A stretch of 64,000 nucleotides of DNA from Vicugna vicugna (GCA_013265495.1 MU058213.1:1054001-1118000), one strand, 5' to 3'. Shown: positions 1 to 13,519, counted from the first letter of the stretch. Numbers and translations: made by a program. The notes: generated from the sequence alone by a model not told the origin.

Positions 1-218
1 TGCTACCTGGCTGTGTAGTTTAAGATCCTCTTTTACTGCTTTGAGGCATGTCAAATCAAAATGAGAAAGGAAATACTAACCCCCCTGAAGTTCTCACACC
101 CTAAAGTAGACAACACTGCAGGGTTGTATTGAAAAGATATAGGAAGGTGTAATGGGATCTGTCATATTTGTGCTTGCTTGTCATCCTTTCTGTATTTGGG
201 GAAATTTTCTACAATAGT

Positions 219-1286
219 CCTGCCTCCTGCCAAGTCCCAGATTCCCTCCTCGTTTGCACCTTGGATGCATTCAGCTGACCTAAGCTACAAAGATCAGATA
301 CATCAGACAAAACTTGGTGTTGGAAGTGAAAAATAAGGAGAAATATGCTCTGCCCAGAACTTCCATTTGCCAATAAAGGTGGTAACAGAGGTAACCAAGT
401 CTGGGGGACAACGGTAGTCACATAAAAGTTGGGCGCCTGGCTTTCTGTGTTTGGTGGTGGCGGCAGCAGCATTTTCTGTATCAGATCATTGCTGTAGCAT
501 GTTTCTGGGATTGTTCCTGGATTTACATCAAGACTGTTTCTCCAGCTGTACCAACAATTTTGTAAGTGACCTGATCTCTTTTGATAAATCCCCTTTCTGT
601 TAATCCCCAGAATTATGAGTTTGTGATTTTAAGCACTCTGACCATTATGGAGGGTATATGGGATGAATGGGGTAAATGGGAATGGCTACAATCAAGGGTA
701 TAATTTCTTTCAGAAAATATTTATAGGCAGACACTGGACTAAGTAAGTGCTAGAGTGAAATAGTAAGATTCCTTTTCCGCAAGAGAAGATAACTGAATGA
801 AAGCAATTAGAATGTACTGTGATTAAGTGCTAAAACTGTGTTACATGGAAATGGTTATTGTGTTAGAAAATGGAGCAATTAACATAATGTAGGGGAGGGG
901 AATAGTTTCCACAAAGGTATGTTTGAATTAAGTTCTAAAATACAAGTAGGAGTGTATCAACAGATATCACCAACTAAGACAAGGGAAGCCACAGATTGGA
1001 GAAAGACGTTTATGATGCCTATGACCATCCATGAAATTTTTAAAAAATAAAGAACTTCCACTTCTGGGAACCTGACCTAAGACACAGACAAAAGGCAACG
1101 GTTGCCATACATGCAGTCTAGAAAATAATGGATTCAGTTCAGGAGAGCAGCTAAGTGCCAAGATGACAGCTGTGCGTTAGGATGAGAGTAACGAGCTCAG
1201 ACTGAAGCAAAGGAGACGTAGCTTAGGTCAGCTGAATGCATCCAAGGTGCAAATGAGGAGGGAATCTGGGACTTGCAGGAGGCAGG
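219..1286. repeat. 70-bp inverted repeat pair (219-288 and 1218-1286)
   Basis: The arms differ by one substitution and one 1-nt indel. Confidence 0.93.
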
Positions 1287-3724
1287 GGAGTTTTCTGGAG
1301 CAAAAGGATGACTCTATAGAATACTTAATATAATGGAAGATATTAAAATAAGTGTGGTTATAATAGAGGCCAAAAGGACGAGGGGGAAAATAATTAGAAA
1401 CACCAAGAAAACAAAAAGCTATATATATAAGAAAATGAAATCATAGTACATATTGTGATCTGCAGTGAACTGTATCAACCTACAAAGCTGAGAGGACTAT
1501 TAATGATTATAAAATAGAATGCAAGTGTTACCAATCTCAATAAGGTAACTGTAAGAACACAGATGACAAAAAGAAGGGAGGAGAGTCAAAAGGAAGAATA
1601 GCGGTGTTAATACTGTCATCTTACATGCTAGAGAGCCAAGAAATACTGTTGACGGGATAAGAAATAAAGGTGAAAACATATTACTAGGCATTGTAAAGGA
1701 AGTCTATAAAGGAATCAAAAAAGTGATATGATCCTAGAAAGATGGTGGGAAGGAGGGGACGTCAGAAATTAAAGCTAAATCTTCACTTTCCAGTCTTGAA
1801 AACTATGTCTGAAATTAAAAGTCAAGAAACAGCAATATAAACATACTATTGAGAGGCATGGAGAAGAAACACAAAACAGCTTGAATGTCTCCAGAAGTTA
1901 GTTCTCCCTCTGGGAGCTAAACTTGGTAGTAGAGGCATATTTTGTGATTCTTAGCTTTTCACTATTTCCTTCTATAGTGCTTGACTTCAGAAATACTACA
2001 AGTATAATTTTAACTTTTTAAAAAAGCTAAGGAGAGCAGGAAAAGAAATCTAATTTAATTTAGAACCAAGTTTTGGTTCTATCATTTTCCATATTTTTAC
2101 CCTAATGATTGATGCCCCTCTAAAGGCATTCGCTCCATTCAGTTCTCCTAAAACTAAAAATAAAAGTTATGAATTCAAGCAATGATCCCAGTGAAACCAC
2201 TTTTAAATTTCTAGATTCTTTCTGGATCTGTTAATACATACATGCATTTACAAAGTGGTAAAGGTTCTCTGGGTCGCAAACCTCTACCCTCTTCATACCT
2301 TCTAGGAAAATGCCCTCAACCCCTCTCTTATGGATAGGATTGCAGTCACTCAGTGAGCACTCTCCTTCAGCATCTCTTTTCCACACCTGCACTCTAGTCA
2401 TTCGTTCCGTTTGGAAGACATGCCAAGGCCAATCTCTTCACTGATGCTCTCAATCCCAGCTCTTGCACTCTTGCCTCCTCTACATCTTTGGTTTTTCTTT
2501 TGTACTTTTGTTTTGCCTATAACCACATTCAAGTCTTTCCTATGCTGAAAAGCAAAACTGTATCTTCCTTCATACACCTCAGAATCTCTCAGAACTACTT
2601 CCTTGCCACTAATTCACCTTTAGTCACTTACCATTCCTCTTCTGTTCCTCTGCCACATGCCCTCTCACAGCTCTGCTGAAACTACTCTCTCCAAATGAGC
2701 AGTGATACCAGTTTCCAAATCTAGTGGCCTTTTCTCAGGTCCCACTCTTCTCTCTGCTACACTCCACTCTGTAGACTACCTTTCCCTTATGAAAACTTTT
2801 TCCTCTTTTGCTTCTGATACTTGTAGAAACGAGCTCCCATGGGAACGTGAATATACTGCAAACAGCTGGCACTATTATAACAGACTATACACAGGAGTTA
2901 CAAGATAGGAAACAAGTATAATGAATAGTTTTTTGAAGTTTACATATAAACTTAACATATGAGAAAATAAGCTTGATAGGAGTAATACTATGTATGACTA
3001 CCTTAAATTACCCCGGCTGGTTAACACTTGAGCCATAGCTCTAACTCAATACAGGTATCCAAGACAGTCAGTAGTATTTGGCTGCCAACTTAAAATAGTA
3101 TTTGTAGTCTTTCTTTTAGCAAGTACATCCATAGTGACTGGGGCTTCTGATAATATTGATATTACAAGTGGTTGAGAATTAAGGAAGATGTGAAAGGTTT
3201 GTGTTCTGTAACTTGTAAGTGTGGCCTCACAGAAAGCTGCCCACTGGTGTGTCTGCTTCTGATCTTTAGCCTAAAAATATGGCTGCTCTATAGTGATCAT
3301 TTCTGCAGTAATCCACACAACTGGCAACTTACAGTTATAGACAAAGTCATTAGAAATATTAGCTTGTATACTTGCAGAAAAGCGAGTCTACAAGACACTA
3401 ATCAGCCTAAGTTACTGGTAGCGGGGCAGGAAAGAGCCTTGGAAATCAGATGCAGAATGCTTGTAAGGTTATGATCACAAGCAAGGGTAGAGGAGCAGTG
3501 AACACAGTACGTCCTTGCCATGGAAAATCAGGCATACCAGTTTCAGTGACATGAAGTTTGAGAGCAGAGCTCTTTGACATTTCTCCTCATTCAGAGAAAC
3601 ACGGAGTATAAAGGCCTACTGCAACAAAGGAAGGGCTAGCCATGACTGAGACGGAGAATCAACCTCCACCTCTCTACATTCACATCCTTAATCTGGCTTC
3701 TCAATTTCCAACCCAATATTCCAC

Positions 3725-4260
3725 TTCACTTTATTTGTTCAACAAGTATTTGAGTATGTATAAGCTGTTTCTAGTTGCCAGGGATGCAATGAAGAATGAC
3801 AATTTCTCTAAGGAAGTCAAATTTGGGCTGAGATCAGAATGAAAAAGGGCCAGCTAAGCTATGAACCGGGTTAAGTGTTTAATGGAAAATAAGCGCACTG
3901 AACAGGGGCAGGAAGGAGCTTGGATATATGATTTAAGAATGGAAGTGGGATAGGGCAGGGGGAATGGGCTGGGGTGCAGAATGGACAAGGGAGCAGGAGT
4001 GAAAAGTGATGTTAGGAACTATAGCAGTTGTCCAGGCAAGAAAGAGTGGCTTGGGTTTAATGGTGCCAGCAGCGAAGAGAAACTGGCAACTTCAGCACAT
4101 TTTGCTAGATGTTGGTCATAGCCTCTGAGGAGCAAAGGATAACTTCTAAGGTTGGTCTGAGTACCTGAATGGGTAAGTGCACAGTGGTATCATTTACTGA
4201 GTTGAAGGCAGGAGGAAAGGAGTGTTAGGGAGAAATGTCAGAGTTCCTTGACATGCCACG
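3725..4260 (-). mobile_element. L2 remnant
   Basis: TTATTTGTTCAACAAGTATTTGAGT... and GCAGTTGTCCAGGCAAGA, CATTTACTGAG motifs. Confidence 0.55.
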
Positions 4261-4513
4261 ATCTCCAACAAAACCTCCTTATACTGGGCCACATTTCCCC
4301 AACTCCTTACCTATTTGAAAATGCTCTAATTCCTTCCTTTCCTCTCACCCATGCCTACAGCAACCCCTCTCAAAAAACCACCTCTTAAATTTCCCTGATT
4401 TACCATTCATTGCATTTATCCCCTAAATTGAATAATTCATTCCTCTAGACTTCCTGGAACTTATTTCTACTTCTCTTATAGCACTTCTACTTTACAATTA
4501 AATTATATATATA

Positions 4514-4712
4514 CAGTTGACCCTTAAACAACACAGATTTGAACTGCGTGGGACCACTTACAGGTGTAATTTTTCACCAAATACCCACAACAGTACTACA
4601 CAATCTGGGGTTGGTTGAATCCGCTAGGCGGACAGACTGTAAAGTTATATGCAAATTTTCAACTGTGCTGAGGGTCTGCGCCTCAACCCTGGTGGTGTTT
4701 GAGAGTCAACTG
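4514..4712 (+). mobile_element. Tigger2-type non-autonomous DNA transposon (MITE)
   Basis: TIRs CAGTTGACCCTTAAACAACAC and GTGGTGTTTGAGAGTCAACTG, with TA on both flanks. Confidence 0.85.
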
Positions 4713-5040
4713 TATACAAAATTTCTCAGAATGTAAGCTCCTTGTCTCAACCATCTTTCTATTTTTGACAGTACTGTCTTAGTGTTTTACACGAGATGGA
4801 GAAAACTATCTGCAAACATGTTACCTTGATTACAAAGCCTTTACAAATATAAGTTATGCTGCTAGGATCTCATAAACACACATTATTTAAATTAAAACAA
4901 AATTTAAGACAATAGTCAAATTTTTTCTGCATATCATAGTAGCTGAAATCTAAAGGGATCAACATCAGAAAATATACAGAAGAAATGTAACAAAGGAGAC
5001 AAAAACTGCAAATTAAATCAATAGAAATTAAGTAGATCAA

Positions 5041-5046
5041 TTTATT
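5041..5046 (-). terminator. Candidate distal poly(A) signal of ARPP19
   Basis: AATAAA on the minus strand followed by a TTTTTGTCTCCTTTGTT-type downstream element. Recognisable repeats begin shortly beyond it. Confidence 0.6.
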
Positions 5047-7863
5047 TTTTGTGTATTTCACAAGTATAATTTTGGAAGGGCTATTTGACAAATTTCAGCA
5101 TTAACTGCCAACTCCAGATATATTCAACAAAAAAAGGCATTTGCTCTTGGCCCTTTTAATACAGGCAGCTGTCCTATTGCATCACAAAGATGCAGTTAAC
5201 AGGTTTGAGGGCATATTAAAGAAATTAATTTTTCTTTCAAATGCTGTTTAATTGATAAATAACATAACATGAACATACATTAATGGTTGTCATGACCATC
5301 GGTGATTTGCAGATAGTAAAACTTATAGGCCTACCTATTTTAAAAAAGCAGAAACTAGTAAAACAGTATTAAAATCAGTTTTATCAGTTAATCCTTAGAT
5401 TAACAATCCCAGGATGAGACTTCTTTGATCCCAATTTTACAAGGTGTGGTGTGGCATCAGGGGGAGAAGGGTTATGGGGGAAGGCTGGCAGTGCATGCTG
5501 AATTGCAGAGTTGGGACAGTGGCTCAAATTTGTCATTATCCAGATTAGGAAAGTGTTTTAGAAAATTTAAAATGGGCCCTTAATTGTGATATTGGGAAGG
5601 ATGTTAAGGCTTGAAAATTCATCAGCCCTAAATACCATTTAATGAATGCTATCATGGGGCTTAAGAAATAAGCAGGGATGGGGGTGGGGTGTGAAGTAAA
5701 ATGAGGTGAAAAAAGAAAATGCAAAATGGAAGAAAAGTCTCCAAATGCTGGGAAATGTGAAAAGGCCACCACAGAAAACTGCTGTAGTTGCCACTCAGAC
5801 GTGCTCTTCCTATAGGCTACCTGCCCCTGGATCACCAAACACCAAGTTTATAGCACAATTTAAGTAGAGGTCACATTTCAGCATTGATAAAACTTCACTA
5901 ATTTGGATTCAGAAAGAATACATGTCTGATTTAGTAGAAAGTTTCAATAAATATTCAGAAGTATAGTTTTTGTTACATCAAGTAAAAGGAGCAACAAATT
6001 CTAAGTGAAGTAATAACAAGTAGAGGCCTTGATGAACAGTTAAAACTTATTCTTAGGTGAACAGCACAACAATATTGAGTAACTGGTAAACAGAGTGCAG
6101 ACATGCTCCTTCTCGGTTCACCAAACAATTCAATAATCCTTACTATCCCAACATGCCAATAACAATAATTGTTAAGTCAAATGTAGGCTTTTAAAATGTT
6201 TCTCAGAAGTGTACTATTGAATACAAGCTGCTGGACATGAAACAGGTAATTAAGCTCAGAATTTAGCTAATTTTCTTGAAGTATCTGTTATGTCCAACTT
6301 CCGTTTACTCCACATTTCATTTATAATAAATAGGACAATGATTAAAATTGGCCATTTCTCAAATCACAATTCTGAAATCTAAGCTCATCTAGTCAAAATC
6401 TTCATTCAAGCAATAGTGAAACAGCCTGAAAATGTCTACCTAAAACTAAGTTTTGAAGCTGAACAAAAATAGAAGAATGTAAAACCTCTATCCCAAGCAC
6501 CAATAATGGAGATTAAGCAATTATACCTACAAATCCTTAATAACAGGTCTTTCCTGAGGGAAAGTCCTGATTATTTAAACACTGTGACTTTACAGAAGGC
6601 AGGTTGGTTTAATGAGAAAATTTACTTGTAATAAAAAGACAGTGACAGTATTTTATTTTGGGCACTTACTCAGTATTTCACAGATCCTCAACAAGTTTTG
6701 AGGTAGGTTAAATATTAGCATTGTATTTTACAAACTAAAACAAGGGCAGAGATTACAGCACTTGTCACGAAACACAGCAGGAATCCTACCATAATCAAGA
6801 ATAACATGGTCTCATCTTTCAGATTAATCTTCGGTGTGTATGTGAATTTAATGGTGATGGCTTGCAAAGTCATTAAAAACAAACAAACAAAAAAACCACT
6901 AAACATTACAGAAGTTCTACTTTGGGGTATTTTGTAACTCTTAAAATCAGTCCTACAATGATTAAACATACTTTGGAATATCCTTACTCCCATTACAAAT
7001 CTATTTATAACCAATCCTTGTAACAAATTAGCATATTACTGATTTTGTTGTTTTCTGTCTTTTAAGCTGGTGGAGCAGGAAGATAATCAGCAAGCTCCAT
7101 AGAGCACCAGGCAGCCTGGAAGTGCAGGTGCTATGTACGTGCAACGCATCATCTACGGTGATTTGGGGTCACAGGAAAGCAGGTGTACAAATGGAGCAAA
7201 GATCCAGAAAAGATGCCTAGATCCAAAAGAGGGGAGGCCCTGCCCAAGTTAAAGATGAAGAAAAAATACTATCATCTCAGGCTGTGGATTCTTATCATCA
7301 TGCAGCAGTATGTATGATGCACTACTCCTAAAAGAACAGTAAATTTGTCCCAGTAAAGTCTGTTAGTTAAAGTTCTTACTAACTAGAGTTACCACAAGTT
7401 CTTTACAAATAAAATTAAAATTACATTTTATTAAAGTGACATCTATAGAAGCAAAACGCCTAAATATTTATCATGAATATGTTCCACCTATCATGTAAAT
7501 TACTCTAATTGTCACAAACCTAATTCACTTAGCTCATTATAATTACTTAAAACCCAGCTCATCCTGACATAGGTTCCTGGGCCCGTCTTCTCAAGTATTT
7601 GTTTCATTATAAAGTTCCTTTTATTTAAACAATTGTCAAATATTAGTAATAATTCAGGATTAAGAGTAGTTAATTAACAACTGGGAAATTATTAAGGAAA
7701 ATATCATTACTGTGTTAGAAAATACAGCATTCAGCAGAGCAGACTTCAAGAGTAAAGATACAGACATCTATGCTTCTGAATAGACCGAACAGCACAGCCC
7801 AACACAATGTGAGTCAAAGAAGCCAGGAAAAAAAGGAGGAAGGGGCCACAGGAGGCAAAGTAT

Positions 7864-7869
7864 TTTATT
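7864..7869 (-). terminator. Candidate proximal poly(A) signal of ARPP19
   Basis: AATAAA on the minus strand about 1.1 kb after the stop, followed by a pyrimidine/U-rich tract. Confidence 0.55.
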
Positions 7870-8999
7870 CTAGTGTCCCCAAAATTGACTGTGGAAGTAA
7901 AAAGTTTCTATATTAAAAAAGTTTATATAAATTACATGAATTATAATTTTCATAGAAGTCAAAATGAAGTGTTCTGCATAGGACAAAAGATATGCCTAAG
8001 CAACATATCGTATTTGCACAAGGCCACTGGATGTCATGGATTATTAGTGATGCATGGAAAAGCTTACGTCTGCGGCAGACTGAGCAGAGATTTCAGTTTG
8101 GTATTCTATGACCCCATGACTGTAAACTACTTTCTATACAAAAGCTCTAATGAGATACAGAGTTTTGTGTAGGAACTCTTGTGCTTCTGGTTGGCACATC
8201 ATCTACATTTTCATATGTGAAATTAATAGAGACATTTGTGAGAGGTTGTGCAAAACTATTGTATTTACAAAAATGGCACAAAAGTGAATTCAACAGTCAA
8301 TGCACATGCACACTTCATTCACATCTTCAACAACAAAACGTATCCTAACACTACAGAACTGAATAAGAATGCTAGCTTCAACAGCAGCTGTTAAGCACGA
8401 GAGTCACATAGTTACACCAGAATGGGCAAATATTGCCCAAGTAAAATTCTATTGTTAAAGCTGAAAACAGATTTAAGGCCATTCAAGTTCAAGCACAGGA
8501 TACAAATCTTTCGGAGCCCCATCTATGTGTTTGAAATATGTGACCTTTCTTCTAACTTGTGGTCTTAAACTTCTGTTTTACAAAATCCAAAGGAAAAATA
8601 CAGAAAAAATCAATACAATAGAGGTTATATTAAATAAGAGTAACATACAAAGCTGTAATTAAGATGAATTAAAGAAAGCCAAAACATTAAAATTGTAAAA
8701 CTTGCTTGTTACTTGTTGGAACCAGCCCTACACTAGGAGTTAGGTAATATATACAATTACTTTCAAGTAGATTGATTACTTTATGTTGCTCTAACATGTT
8801 CTTTTCATCAGTGCACTGTTAAACTAATAAAAAACCCTACACATGTGTATTCCTTTACAATAGCAGCACACACTACCGCTACCTGCAAAGCCGTCAGTCT
8901 CAAATGACTTAGTGAATGAAAGGAAATAAAAAGCAGAGAAGTAACATATTAAGGAGAAATAACAGGAATTAGAAGATTCATGCAGTTCAGCTCTTTTAA

Positions 9000-9170
9000 T
9001 CAGCCAGCCAGCTTGCTAGTAACAAGAGATGGCTTCCGCTGAGGAAGGTCCTGTGGAGTGGGAATGTGGTCACCAGTGACCTCTGTCTTATCCGGGGCTG
9101 CAGTAGGAAGCTGCTTGTTCTTCATTTTTGCTTTAGCCATGTTGTAATCCCCAGAATCAAAATATTTTTG
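9000..9170 (-). CDS. ARPP19: ARPP19 coding exon 3 ([56 protein letters not shown])
   Basis: ttgtag| acceptor and TGA at 9002-9000. Contains the FDSGDY Greatwall/MASTL site (Ser62) and the RKPS PKA site (Ser104). Exons sum to 15+41+56=112 aa. Confidence 0.97.
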   Translation of the reverse strand, partial: QKYFDSGDYNMAKAKMKNKQLPTAAPDKTEVTGDHIPTPQDLPQRKPSLVTSKLAG

Positions 9171-11959
9171 CTACAAGGAAAAAAAAAAGTCAGATTAGAG
9201 TTTAAAAGCTTTCCTATGCAATTACACTGGTTTAAGATGTAGCTGTGACCCTGTACTGTTGATATAAAATAAGCCTTAAAATATTAAAACAAAAACATTA
9301 ATTACATAAAATAGCTATGCCTCTGTAGTGAGTCCTCTCGTAAGTCAACAACTGAGAAGTCAGGCAAGAATCCCCCCTTCCTCAGGCTCACTTACCTCAT
9401 TCTAGTTCCAGTACGGAACCGTCAAGACTGACATCAACTTCCACATCAATCTATCTGCGAATGAACAGTCCTGGACTTAAAGAGTGAGGAGCGAATCTTT
9501 CATTTACTAACAGAAAAACCAGGGTGAAATTCTTGCTTAAATGATTTTGAAAATAAAAACACATAATTCACCAACTTGCATTTTGGATGCGCCACCCCCG
9601 CCTTCAAGCAACCTTACAGTTATTAAAAATTATTACTTAAAGTTGCTGGTGCTCTGTCATCTAAGATGAACATTTCTGTTAGGATTTAAACTATTTGAAT
9701 TACAGCAGTGTACTAAAATAAAAATTAGGGTTAAAATATAAATGCTAAGGTAATGGAAAAAAAAACTCTTTAGAAATTATCATCTAAAATACACATCCCT
9801 ATCCTTTACCACCACTTCACCTAAGACACTAAGTAAAACTATCACTCCTCGTAGTTGGAGAGATGACTAACGTAAAGACCATACCCTTTATCACTAAAAT
9901 AGAAACTGTGGAGCTAAATATCAACCTTAATATAGTCTACATGAGTTAATCTGTTACAGAGCAAAAATGGATGAATTTGCCTGGGTTCTGACTTCCACCT
10001 ATCAAGCTTAGCCCATCTTTATCAAGAACCTGTTATACTACATGTGAGGCACTGTGTCAATCTTGAAGAGAGATACAAAGATGGGTAACAGTCAAGTAAA
10101 CCCATTACTATTCTGTTTTAAGTACACAAGGTGCTACAGTTATCCAAAGGAGAAGAAAGTAATCTCTGCCTATTGTGTAGGCAAGAGGGAATAATTCAGA
10201 TTATGAGATGAGGGCATGGACAAAGGGTGAAGGGGGAAAAATAAAAATATTTTCTTTGAGACTTCAGAGATACCTCAAGTGGTAAATGAAGTAGCTCGGA
10301 ACTCACAGCTTAGTCTAAGACCGTGGAGTGGCCTGGAAAAAGGTCTCACTGGATGCCTCCCTCCAGGGACTATTCTTTGATAAGCATGTGGCGGACGGCC
10401 AAAGGGTCTATAGTTAGAAATCGCTTTTCACATGTCATTATTCATGTAACATATTATAGGAAACTTGGACCAGGCCTTTCTAAGGTTTGTTGCAGCTTCA
10501 TTTCTGCATGTTTTAAAATGTGTAGTGAAAAAAAATCTCAGAATCTCTATGTACTGTATTACATTAGAGAGCTACTTCTGCCTCTAAAAAGAACAAAGCA
10601 GCTTGCCAAATTTTTGAGTAAGAAGCACAAAATGAGAAATTTAACGCACAGTTCAAATCTTAGGCAATTTTTTTCCAATGTAATAAAGTCAGTTTCTAAT
10701 GATACCTATTTTATAGTCACCAAAGGTTCATCATAAGGGATCCCACTTAACTGTAGATTAAGCTACTTTCTTTGGGGAAAAGGAATTAAATTTACTTAGT
10801 GTGGCTAGAGACAAAATTAAAATCAATGGTTAACAATTATAACTGCTCAAAGGAGAGAAATGAACTAGACCAGTGTTTCTCATATTGGGAAAGAAACAGT
10901 CTGAGAAGGCAGTATTATTTGTCTTTAACAATTAAAAAATTTTGTATCTTAAGTGAAAATTTTTTAAAAAATTAACATACTCTGAATCATCTAGATGACA
11001 CTTTTATACAAGCCTCCACCCACTCCAATTTAAAGGCCATACTTACATCAGTATTAATAACTACACTGACACTAACTGATCACCAAAGTGACAATATTTA
11101 AATTTTAAGGCTAAGTTTCTTAAAACTGGATCTTCGGTTTTCTTGGAAGTTCACAAAACTCCACAAATAGGAAAAAAACAAGAGGCTAGACTGCTTCTTG
11201 AAACCCCTCACATGTCATATTGTTAAAAGCCTAAAATAGGGGTCTGAATAACATTAAGGATAATAAACCAGAAAGGGACTGAATATAAATGATATCCATC
11301 CAATCACTATTCTCAAATGAAGAAGAAACTGTTCAAAGATACTAAGATTACTTGCCAGCTTCCTATTACGACAGAGGAAAACTACAACCCTGTAACCCAG
11401 ATATTTTTAAAAAATCAACTCTTTTAACATAGTGAGAAATGATGGCTGAATATAAGACTTCATTTCCCTCATACAAAAGTGCTTATTCATTGACTTTTTG
11501 ATAAAATACAGAATCATTCAAGAGCTCCCTTCTCAAATTCTATATAATTATTTGATTCAAGAGGCATTTTCTTATTGACAACCATTTATATCTGTAACAC
11601 CAACTCCAAGATACAGTGTATATAAATTCTAACTTGAAGATACCTAGAGTCATAAATAGTTGAAGCTAGAGAAAAATGACAAAGACAACAGCCCAAATGT
11701 CAAATAGAAAGCCTGTCAGCCTAAGTTATACTGAAGATTAGCTAACGAATATTTGCTGAACACTAATAATCAGTCAAAACCTAAATCCAAATAATAATTT
11801 AATAATCAAAGACTATGTAATTTATTTCATAATTAAAATCATACCTGATGGGACCATTTCAAAACGAGACTTGGTACAAGTATGTTCTACATAGAATGTA
11901 GAACATGTTTCTCATTCTGCTTTTTATTTATCCCCCATCTTGTGGTCTCATAATGCTTT

Positions 11960-12290
11960 GTTTTCCTTCTAATTTTATTAAGATATAATTGACATCCAGC
12001 GCTGCGTAAGTTTAAGGTGTAGAGCATAACGTTTCGACTTAACGTACATCATGGAATGATTTCATTAAGTTTAGTGAACATCCATCATCTCATAGATACA
12101 AAACAGAAATTTAAAAACATTTTTCCCCCTTGTGATGAGAACTCTGAGGATTTACTCTCTTAACTTTCATATAAAACATACAGCAGTATTAATTACATTT
12201 ATCCCTGTTGTACATTACATCTCTAGCACTTATTTATAACAGTAAATTTGTACCTTTTGACTACCTTCATCCATTCCCCTCCTCACTCCC
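11960..12290 (-). mobile_element. L1 3' end fragment
   Basis: TTTTATTAAGATATAATTGACAT...GTGATGAGAACTCTGAGGATTTACTCTCTTAAC...TTTGTACCTTTTGACTACCTTC, typical of a laurasiatherian L1 3'UTR. Confidence 0.75.
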
Positions 12291-12987
12291 TATAATTACG
12301 CTTTTTAAATAACCACATGGTATTTTATTTTGTTGACTTATTACAATTTAACTATTTCTCTGCTGCTGAATAGTGATGCTGCTTCTAATTATAAAGCTAC
12401 AAAGTGTACCTTCTAACGTGAAGATATTTTCCTTATATTGAATTGTACCCTTAGATTAATTCACGAATGATTAGTCATTCAAATATGAACAATTTCTGTA
12501 AATCTTGATCCATGTCCCTTTCCACAAAGAGTAATGCTACACACAACAAAGAGCATATTAGCTACATTCACTTCAACCTCACCAATGGGTATTATTTTAA
12601 AATTTTTTTCTAATTTAGTTATAGGTATACTATGGTATAATTGTTCTAATTTACATTTCATTAATTTCTATCATGGATTAACATTTTTCTGTGTTTAATA
12701 ACAATACTTCCCCTGTTAAAATCCTTTATCTAAGCCACCTTAATGTTTTTCTTGTATATTTGAAAAACCATTTTATGTGTTACAAATATTAACTATCATT
12801 TTTGTAATAATATTCCCACCAAATTACTTTCATGGAACATGGATTTTATTTTATATTTTGGTATAATTCTTCCTTGTCATTCTATTATTTCAAAGCTGTG
12901 AATGTTATTCTTTCATGTAATTAAAAAATACCATTTTATATCTTGCCACTTTTAAAAGTAACTTTTTAATCTAAAATAATGTTAAAA

Positions 12988-13326
12988 TGGAGTAGAATGG
13001 TGGTTACCAGGGGCTGGGGGGGGAATGGTTAATAGGTACAAACTTTCAATAATAAGATGAGTAAGTTCCAGGGATCTAATAAATAGACAACATGGTTAAC
13101 TACAGTTAACCATACTGGACTGTATATTTGGAAACTGCTATGAGAGGAGAGCCTAAAGTTCTCACCATAACAAGAAAATGGTAATTATGTGAGGTATAGG
13201 GCATGTTAGCTAACCTTATTTTGGAAAGCATTTAGCAATATGTACATGTATCAAATTATTACACCACAGACCTTAAATTTACACAATGTTATATGTCAGT
13301 TATATCTCAATAAAGCTGGGAAAAAT
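12988..13326 (+). mobile_element. L1MA-type 3' end fragment
   Basis: GAGTAGAATGGTGGTTACCAGGGGCTGGGG...TTATATCTCAATAAAGCTGGGAAAAA. Confidence 0.8.
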
Positions 13327-13519
13327 ATCCTTTTACAATCTGGTTTACTTGAGAAAATAATCCATATATAACTACAGCCAATATATACACAAGTAACACA
13401 CACACATCTGGCGGTAGGTAAGGTACAGAGCTATATACGCAGACACTCATTTCACAATCTCTATTGGCAAACTGAGTTCACAGGGCTCAAGCATTTGAAG
13501 ATTACACATCAGAACTTAC

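Larger units (their letters stand above)
5020..8999 (-). other. ARPP19: ARPP19 long 3'UTR
   Basis: Repeat-poor AT-rich stretch after the stop. AATAAA at 7864-7869 and 5041-5046 (minus strand), each followed by a U/GU-rich tract. The distal end is inferred. Confidence 0.7.

Noticed and set aside
219..1286. Inverted repeat read as the TIRs of a DNA transposon
   Set aside because: No flanking TSD or TA, no recognisable TIR terminus, and the interior is older LTR/L2-like debris.
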